This document shows, in pieces, positions 57,486-64,000 of a stretch of DNA of 64,000 nt. A program made the translations under genes and the position numbers. The first letter of the stretch is position 1. Each line of letters starts with the position of its first letter. Location of the stretch: NCBI GenBank assembly GCA_964355175.1, contig CAYHBZ010000001.1, positions 368,523 through 432,522 on the forward strand, in the 5' to 3' direction. A model generated the notes under the pieces. It worked only from the letters and a program-made list of their open reading frames with translations. It was not told the DNA's origin and did not search any database. Origin of the DNA: an uncultured Gammaproteobacteria bacterium. GTDB lineage: Bacteria; Patescibacteriota; Patescibacteriia; Magasanikbacterales; GWA2-37-8.

Positions 57486-59138
57486 ATGGCGGATAAAGAT
57501 GATAAAGTAAAAATAGAAAAAGAAGGTGACTTAAAAAACAGTGGCTCTGATATTGGGTCTTTATTAGGTTCTTCATCTGAAACAGTAGATTTGGAATTGG
57601 CCGATGTGAATTCTGCCGATGCCAAAAAGAAAGACAATAAAACTTTAGAAATAAATTTAAAAACAGCCGCTACCGATGCCGATGATGGCGGCGCTAGATT
57701 GGCCGCGGCTTTGGTGACAGATAGCGAAGAAGATGACTCTCCTCCTCCCGCACAACCTCCTCCAGATGAAGAGGCGGCGTTACAAACCGAACAGCCCACC
57801 GAACAACCCGAAGAAAATCAGGCACCAGAAAAAGATAACCCTCCGCTCGATCCTAGTCAACAAAAAAAACCAGACGACGAATCAGGACAAAAACAGCCGC
57901 AGCCTACCAACCAGCCAGTCCAAACACAACCTTCTGTCCAGCCACAGACAGAAGCCCCTCAGACAGCTTTACCCGACCAGTACGAACAATTTCAACAACC
58001 GGGACCTCAAGCGCCAGAGCAACCTCCGGTACATCCTAATGAACATCAACCAAGCGTTCCCCAACAAGCTCCAACCGCCAAAAATCCCCCCACAACCGGG
58101 CAAACACCACAATCTCAACCTCCTCATGCTTCCCCGACTTCTGCAACGACTCATGACCCAAAAAACCCTCCTAAATTAGACCCTGAAAAACCTACAGGAG
58201 AAAAACAACCCACGGCCAATTTACAACCGTCCACAGTTTCAAAAGAAGCTCTGAGAGATATCGGTCCGCATGGAAATTTAGAAAACTCCATGAGTCAAGC
58301 GGGCCAGCATACTGATCCAAATAAAAAAATACCTACCAATCAACAAAACCAGGTTGGCAATGATTTAAATTCACAAAAATTAATGCAGCCAGACGGGGAC
58401 CACGCCAAAACCAACAATCAGACTGCCAACAAACCTCTTCAGACAACTAATACATCTGGACTGTCTACAAATACTGAGGATAAAAATGCCTTAAATGCCT
58501 TATCTGATTTGGTAAAAAAATTTAAGGAAGAACAACAAAAAGAGGAAGAAGCTTACCAAAAAATGAATGCTTTACAAAAATTAAACCGGACCAAACAACA
58601 AAAAAAATTACTAAAGGAGCTAAATAAAAAAAATGATAAATTAATTGGCCTGATAGACAGAATGCTTTTAACAAAATACTTTCCAATAGTACTTTACAAA
58701 ATACTGAGATACCAAGAAGAAATAGGCAAGCTTATAAAACAGCTGTCCAAGAAAAAAACTATTCACCGTAATGACGGTCCGATGAATAAATTAGATAGTG
58801 AAATATTCTTTTTTGAAGCGCTAGTGATATACCCTATACTTAAAACTGGAGCAACAAAAGATGCTGTGAAAAGATTTAGAAAGTATTGGTTAAGTTGGTC
58901 AACAGGAATCTGGTGGGGGACATTCATTATGGCCGCATTTGATCTACTAATAATTTTCCCTTTTATTTTTTTACTTTTTGGATCCGTGTTTGATGGACCT
59001 GGCATTAGATTATTAAAAAAAATTAGAAAAAGAAATCGTGAATTAACAGAAATTTTAACAAAAATAGGAAAATTAGCCAAACCAAAAGGTGGCGATAATG
59101 AAAATTATATTTGGCATCAAAAAAGCTATGAGGATTAA
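57486..59138 (+). CDS. Pro/Gln-rich disordered protein with coiled coil and C-terminal TM segment
   Basis: 550-aa ORF in operon spacing. Acidic P/Q-rich N-half and basic helical C-half with a hydrophobic segment. Confidence 0.75.
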   Translation: MADKDDKVKIEKEGDLKNSGSDIGSLLGSSSETVDLELADVNSADAKKKDNKTLEINLKTAATDADDGGARLAAALVTDSEEDDSPPPAQPPPDEEAALQTEQPTEQPEENQAPEKDNPPLDPSQQKKPDDESGQKQPQPTNQPVQTQPSVQPQTEAPQTALPDQYEQFQQPGPQAPEQPPVHPNEHQPSVPQQAPTAKNPPTTGQTPQSQPPHASPTSATTHDPKNPPKLDPEKPTGEKQPTANLQPSTVSKEALRDIGPHGNLENSMSQAGQHTDPNKKIPTNQQNQVGNDLNSQKLMQPDGDHAKTNNQTANKPLQTTNTSGLSTNTEDKNALNALSDLVKKFKEEQQKEEEAYQKMNALQKLNRTKQQKKLLKELNKKNDKLIGLIDRMLLTKYFPIVLYKILRYQEEIGKLIKQLSKKKTIHRNDGPMNKLDSEIFFFEALVIYPILKTGATKDAVKRFRKYWLSWSTGIWWGTFIMAAFDLLIIFPFIFLLFGSVFDGPGIRLLKKIRKRNRELTEILTKIGKLAKPKGGDNENYIWHQKSYED

Positions 59139-59161
59139 TTTTTTATAAATAATTTATATTT

Positions 59162-60400
59162 ATGAACCCAATCACAAAAAAAATATTGTTGGCCCTAGGA
59201 TTGCTGGCAATAGCCGCGCTAATTGGTTTTGGATTTTATACTCTTTTCAAAAAAAATCAGACCGGCGGCACTCTGCAAACTCCCAAAGGTGAAGGCAGTG
59301 GATCACTCCCTACTGCCGGGGAAAGAACCAGCACCCTAGCTCAGACAGAAACCACTGACGGCGGACTACAGCGCGGTGAAATCACTACGCCTTTGCCTAT
59401 TCCTCAGATTGCCAACGGTGGCTATTACCAAAACGAAGCGGTGAAAGAAATAACCGACCAAGCGGCGGCCTTTCCATCCTTAAGCAAAGCCGGCGGCGGG
59501 TTACGTTATTATAATAATTCTGACGGAAAATTTTATCACTTGACCGCTGACGGGCAAATTAAAGCACTTTCCGATCAAACTTTTTATAATGTAAATAAAG
59601 TCACCTGGGCTGATAAAAATGACAAAGCGGTATTGGAATATCCGGATAGCTCCAAAATAATCTACAATTTTGAAAAAGAAAAACAAGTTACTTTACCCAA
59701 ACATTGGTCGGATTTTTCTTTCTCACCTGACAGCAGTCAGTTGGCCGCCAAAAGCATCGGCTTGGCTCCAGAAAATCGCTGGCTAGTCACCGTCAATGAT
59801 GATGGTACCGGCACCACTTTGGTAGAACCAATGGGAGAAAATGCCGACAAAGTCCAAATTGACTGGTCGCCATCCCGCCAAACTGTAGCTTTTTCACAAA
59901 CCGGTGAGCCGCTCGGGGCTGAAAGACAAGAAATATTGTTTGTCGGTTTAAATCATGAAAATTTTAAATCCGCCATCGTGGAAGGCCGTGGGTTTGAACC
60001 ATCCTGGTCACCTACCGGACAAAAATTGCTATACAGCGTCTATAGCTCTCGCAGTGATTTCAAGCCGGAACTTTGGATCACTGATTCGTATGGCGACAGT
60101 ATCGGCAATAATCGCCAACTTCTTCAGCTCAACACCTGGGCTGATAAATGTACTTTTTCTGACGACAACACTCTCTTCTGCGCGGTACCACGAGATCTAC
60201 CACAAGGGGCCGGAATTTTGCCGGAAGTAGCCTCAAACACCAATGATGATATGTATAAAATCGACCTCAAAACCGGCCTCAAAACCACCCTGCCTTTGGA
60301 TGGTACTTACAACATAAAAAATATCACTTACGATAAAACCAAAAATAAATTATACTTTACGAATGGCGATCAGGCAGGTGTATTTGAAATAAAATTGTAA
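59162..60400 (+). CDS. membrane-anchored TolB-like beta-propeller protein
   Basis: N-terminal TM and repeated FSPDS / WSPSR / WSPTG blades. Confidence 0.8.
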   Translation: MNPITKKILLALGLLAIAALIGFGFYTLFKKNQTGGTLQTPKGEGSGSLPTAGERTSTLAQTETTDGGLQRGEITTPLPIPQIANGGYYQNEAVKEITDQAAAFPSLSKAGGGLRYYNNSDGKFYHLTADGQIKALSDQTFYNVNKVTWADKNDKAVLEYPDSSKIIYNFEKEKQVTLPKHWSDFSFSPDSSQLAAKSIGLAPENRWLVTVNDDGTGTTLVEPMGENADKVQIDWSPSRQTVAFSQTGEPLGAERQEILFVGLNHENFKSAIVEGRGFEPSWSPTGQKLLYSVYSSRSDFKPELWITDSYGDSIGNNRQLLQLNTWADKCTFSDDNTLFCAVPRDLPQGAGILPEVASNTNDDMYKIDLKTGLKTTLPLDGTYNIKNITYDKTKNKLYFTNGDQAGVFEIKL

Positions 60401-60412
60401 ATTTAAATAAAT

Positions 60413-61069
60413 ATGCACAAGATTACTAAATTTTACATTCTGCTTCTATCCGCTATAGTTATCGCTGGCGGCGCATTTGCTTGGACATTTTTAAAAACTA
60501 AAGAGATCACCGTAAAACCAAACGCCGCTCCTTTAATTAGCGAGGGCTACTACGAGATACCCACCAACGACGATCCGGTTTTTGGGAATCCAGGATCGCC
60601 TCTGACCATAATCATGTTTAGTGATTTTGCCTGTAGTGATTGCCAAAACAAATACACTATCATTAGTGACTTTGTAAAAGCTCATCCGCAAGCCGCGCGT
60701 TTATTTGTAAAATATTCACCTCAGCCAAGTTTATTTTTCAAATCCAATGATTTGGCGTACCGTGGAGCTATCTGTGCCAACAAACAAAATAAATTTTGGG
60801 AATATAATGACTTGCTAATTACTGCTAAAAATCCAAATAAACAAACCGAACTGGAAAAAAATATTCAGGATCTAAAAATAAACGAAGATGCCTGGAAAGA
60901 TTGTCTAAACGACCAAACCACCCAACAAAAAATCGCCGGAGCAGTGGCCCTAAGTCAAACTTTGGGCATTACCAAAGTGCCGGTAATATATGTAAATAAT
61001 AAAAGATTAAATTTGGAAACCGAACCAAACCTGGCCGATCTACTTTCTAAACTTATAGCCGCTAATTAA
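60413..61069 (+). CDS. DsbA/thioredoxin-4 family oxidoreductase
   Basis: GNPGSPLTIIMFSDFACSDC, AICANKQNKFW and the cis-Pro loop KVP. Confidence 0.88.
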   Translation: MHKITKFYILLLSAIVIAGGAFAWTFLKTKEITVKPNAAPLISEGYYEIPTNDDPVFGNPGSPLTIIMFSDFACSDCQNKYTIISDFVKAHPQAARLFVKYSPQPSLFFKSNDLAYRGAICANKQNKFWEYNDLLITAKNPNKQTELEKNIQDLKINEDAWKDCLNDQTTQQKIAGAVALSQTLGITKVPVIYVNNKRLNLETEPNLADLLSKLIAAN

Positions 61070-61076
61070 TTCCGCA

Positions 61077-62420
61077 ATGAAAACCAATATAATTTTCACT
61101 TGCTCAAACTGCAATGCCCAATTCCAAAAATGGACCGGGCGGTGTTTGGAATGTGGTAAATGGGGTACGGTGGAAAAAAATATGATAACTGCTAGTGCGG
61201 TTAAAAATAACGAAACAAATAATCATCCCATAGCTAAAACGATAAAACTTTCCGAAGTAAACCAACAAAATTTTGCCCGTTTAAAGACCAATATATCAGA
61301 ATTGGATAGAGTTCTTGGCGGCGGAATTGTGCCTGGAAGTCTAATTCTCCTTGGCGGCGATCCCGGCATTGGCAAATCCACTCTAGCCCTACAGCTATCG
61401 GCCATTTTTGCGGATGCATTATATTTTTCTGGTGAGGAGTCGGTAGAACAAATCAAACTACGCGCCAGCCGTCTGGAAATTTCATCCTCTACCCTGGGAT
61501 TGGCCAACGAAACCAACGTGGAAACTATTATTGCTACCGCGATTGCCCAAAAAACCAAGCTCACAATAGTAGACTCCATTCAAACCATGCGCTCAGCCGA
61601 AGTAGAAGGCGAAGCCGGCAATATAAATCAGGTCCGTGCTTGTACCGTAAAATTGATGGAAGCGGCCAAAAAAAATAATATTACTTTTATCCTGATTGGC
61701 CAAGTAACTAAAGACGGCAATGTAGCCGGACCAAAAACTTTGGAACATTTGGTAGATACCGTACTCTATTTGGAAGGTGATCGCTTTCATGATTTTCGTA
61801 TTTTAAGAGCCGCCAAAAATCGCTTTGGGCCAACTGACGAAGTCGGAATTTTTACAATGGAAAAAGACGGTCTACGCGAAGTAAAAAATCCTTCCGCTTC
61901 CCTGCTGGGAGAACGCACTGATTCAGTACCAGGCACAATTATCACTTGTGTGATGGAAGGTACTCGGCCAATGCTAATTGAAATACAAGCCCTAGTCACC
62001 AAAACTAATTTCGGTTTCCCTCAGCGCCGCTCATCAGGATTTGATCTCAACCGTCTACAGGTTTTAATTGGTGTATTATCTCGTCGTGCTGGACTACCAC
62101 TAGAAAGTTATGACGTCTTTTTAAATGTGGTTGGTGGGCTAGAGGTAGACGAACCAGCCGCAGACCTAGCTGTAATCATGGCAATAGCTTCAGGCCTCAA
62201 AGACAAAACTATCCCTATTGGCCTAGCCGCTTTTGGTGAAGTAGGTCTCAGCGGTGAAGTACGCTCAGTAAATAATACTGAGAAAAGATTAAATGAAATA
62301 AAAAATTTAGGACTTCAAATTGCTGTCTTACCAGCATCGGCCAAACTACCAAAAATTACTGGCCTAAAAATCGCTCCAATCAAAAACGTCCAGGAGGTGG
62401 TAGAAAAAATAATCCAATAA
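61077..62420 (+). CDS. radA: DNA repair protein RadA/Sms
   Basis: C4 zinc finger, GGDPGIGKST, KNRFG and a Lon-like C-terminus. Confidence 0.98.
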   Translation: MKTNIIFTCSNCNAQFQKWTGRCLECGKWGTVEKNMITASAVKNNETNNHPIAKTIKLSEVNQQNFARLKTNISELDRVLGGGIVPGSLILLGGDPGIGKSTLALQLSAIFADALYFSGEESVEQIKLRASRLEISSSTLGLANETNVETIIATAIAQKTKLTIVDSIQTMRSAEVEGEAGNINQVRACTVKLMEAAKKNNITFILIGQVTKDGNVAGPKTLEHLVDTVLYLEGDRFHDFRILRAAKNRFGPTDEVGIFTMEKDGLREVKNPSASLLGERTDSVPGTIITCVMEGTRPMLIEIQALVTKTNFGFPQRRSSGFDLNRLQVLIGVLSRRAGLPLESYDVFLNVVGGLEVDEPAADLAVIMAIASGLKDKTIPIGLAAFGEVGLSGEVRSVNNTEKRLNEIKNLGLQIAVLPASAKLPKITGLKIAPIKNVQEVVEKIIQ

Positions 62421-62437
62421 ACAGAAGAAGTCTGACA

Positions 62438-62641
62438 GAATAAAAAATCTGGATATAATATAACAAAATAAGTGAGCGCTGAAAATCCGAGCAAATAATT
62501 TGTGAGCCGACGAAGCGTGGCTGGCCGTGCTGTATGAGGAGCCAAGCGACGAGTTCACGGCCAGAGCTTTGGCGGGTTGCAAATTATGCGAGGATTTTCA
62601 CAGCGAACGTTTTTGTTATATTATATCCAGATTTTTTATTC
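62438..62641. repeat. 204-bp MITE-like long hairpin element
   Basis: Perfect 31-bp terminal inverted repeats (62438..62468 and 62611..62641) plus nested inner stems. Confidence 0.8.
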
Positions 62642-64000
62642 GAGATGCACCAACTTTTCGAAACTTTTTATCTTTTGTTTTAACAGTGGTAATTTATCCA
62701 AATTATCAGCCGCTTTTACCGCTGCTTCGCGCGCCATTTTTACGATAGTGTAATCGGTTAATTTAGCCAATTGCAACCCGGCAACACCGCTTTGAGCCGT
62801 GCCATATACTTCGCCTGGTCCCCTATCCTCTAGATCTTTTTGTGCCAATTTAAAACCACTCAAATTGCCTTCAAAGAATTTTAATCTATCTAAAGTTTTT
62901 TCACTAGCGCTGTCGGTAAATAAAAAACAATAAGATTGATGAATAGATCGCCCAACACGACCGCGGAATTGATGTAACTGTGCCAAACCAAAACGCTCCG
63001 CACCCTCGATCATCATCACCGAGGCATTAGGTATATCAATACCTACTTCTATCACCGAAGTAGCCACCAAAATATCAATCTCATGATTTTTAAATCTTCT
63101 CATAGTTGATTCTTTTTCAGCGGACTTTAGTTTGCCGTGGAGAAAATCTACTTTCAAATCCGGGAATATTTTCTTGGATAATTTTTCATATTCGGCCAAG
63201 ACGGATTTCTTATCACCGCTATCATTTTCAATAAGAGGACACACCACAAACGCCTGACGACCCTGCCGGATCTGCGCCCGAATAAAATCATAAGCTTTTT
63301 GTCGATTATACACTTCTACCAACCTACTCATAATTGGCTTGCGTCCGGCTGGCAATTCGTCAATCACCGACAGGTCCAGATCGCCATATAAAGTGAGCGC
63401 CAAAGAACGTGGAATCGGCGTGGCAGTCAAACTAAGAAAATGCACGCCTTTGCCTTTTTGTTTTATATCTTGGCGTTGTTCCACGCCAAATCTATGCTGC
63501 TCATCGACTATAGCCAAACCTAATTTTTTAAATTCAATTTTCTCCGATAATAAAGCGTGAGTACCAATTGCCAAAGCAATTTTACCGTTCTTTAAATCTT
63601 CTACTATTTCTTTTTTCAATTTTTTACTTTCAATATTTTCTTCACCAGCATTCTTGGCAAATTGCGAACGAGTAAATAAACAAATAGGAGTATCGAGGTG
63701 AAATAACAAACGACTCAAATTATCAAAATGTTGCTTGGCCAAAATTTCGGTTGGTGCTAGCAATACAGACTGAAAACCATTTAAGGTGGTATTATATAGT
63801 GCCATGGCGGCCACGACCGTTTTACCAGAGCCAACATCCCCAGATAACAAACGATTCATCGGAGTGGGCTTAGACAGATCTTTCAAAATTTCCCAAGCTG
63901 ATAATTTTTGTGGTTTAGTCAAAGCGAACGGCAATTTTCCCACAAATTCCTTGATTTCTTTTTCTTTGAAATCCAATGCGGGCGCCTTTTGCAAAGCCCG
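62636..64000 (-). CDS. recG: ATP-dependent DNA helicase RecG (5' part outside the window)
   Basis: MNRLLSGDVGSGKT, DEQHRFG, TATPIPR, AERFGLAQLHQFRGRVGR and RGPGE. Confidence 0.98.
   Translation of the reverse strand, partial: RALQKAPALDFKEKEIKEFVGKLPFALTKPQKLSAWEILKDLSKPTPMNRLLSGDVGSGKTVVAAMALYNTTLNGFQSVLLAPTEILAKQHFDNLSRLLFHLDTPICLFTRSQFAKNAGEENIESKKLKKEIVEDLKNGKIALAIGTHALLSEKIEFKKLGLAIVDEQHRFGVEQRQDIKQKGKGVHFLSLTATPIPRSLALTLYGDLDLSVIDELPAGRKPIMSRLVEVYNRQKAYDFIRAQIRQGRQAFVVCPLIENDSGDKKSVLAEYEKLSKKIFPDLKVDFLHGKLKSAEKESTMRRFKNHEIDILVATSVIEVGIDIPNASVMMIEGAERFGLAQLHQFRGRVGRSIHQSYCFLFTDSASEKTLDRLKFFEGNLSGFKLAQKDLEDRGPGEVYGTAQSGVAGLQLAKLTDYTIVKMAREAAVKAADNLDKLPLLKQKIKSFEKLVHLE

Overview
This 64-kb window comes from a small-genome, AT-rich bacterium using genetic code 11. 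The gene content (CPR-style type IV pilus cluster, split comEC, fused ADP-forming acetate-CoA ligase, nusA-yidC adjacency) suggests Patescibacteria/CPR; that assignment is inference. Housekeeping genes are groESL, yidC, nusA, leuS, mutM, gdhA, pheST, rseP, lemA-htpX, PMM, clpC, dsbA-like, radA and a partial recG. Two accessory systems stand out. (1) A 17-kb type IV pilus/competence operon holds four ~545-aa nested pilins. In each, a conserved stalk domain carrying a highly divergent LamG-like domain is inserted into the middle of the pilin head, and the flanking DNA is near-identical and mosaic between copies. The operon's PilC is fused to an SH3 domain. (2) A 1501-aa secreted protein (inactive transglutaminase-like domain, LGFP repeats, toxin-like tip) is followed by AT-rich immunity-like genes, two of which share an exact 245-bp core. 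Also seen: a palindromic repeat present both intergenically and in frame inside pheT, a symmetric CIRCE variant, leader/terminator attenuators upstream of helD-like, nusA and the toxin-like gene, and long hairpin elements. No rRNA, tRNA, CRISPR array, transposase or integrase was recognised. All calls come from reading motifs by eye; no database searches were run.
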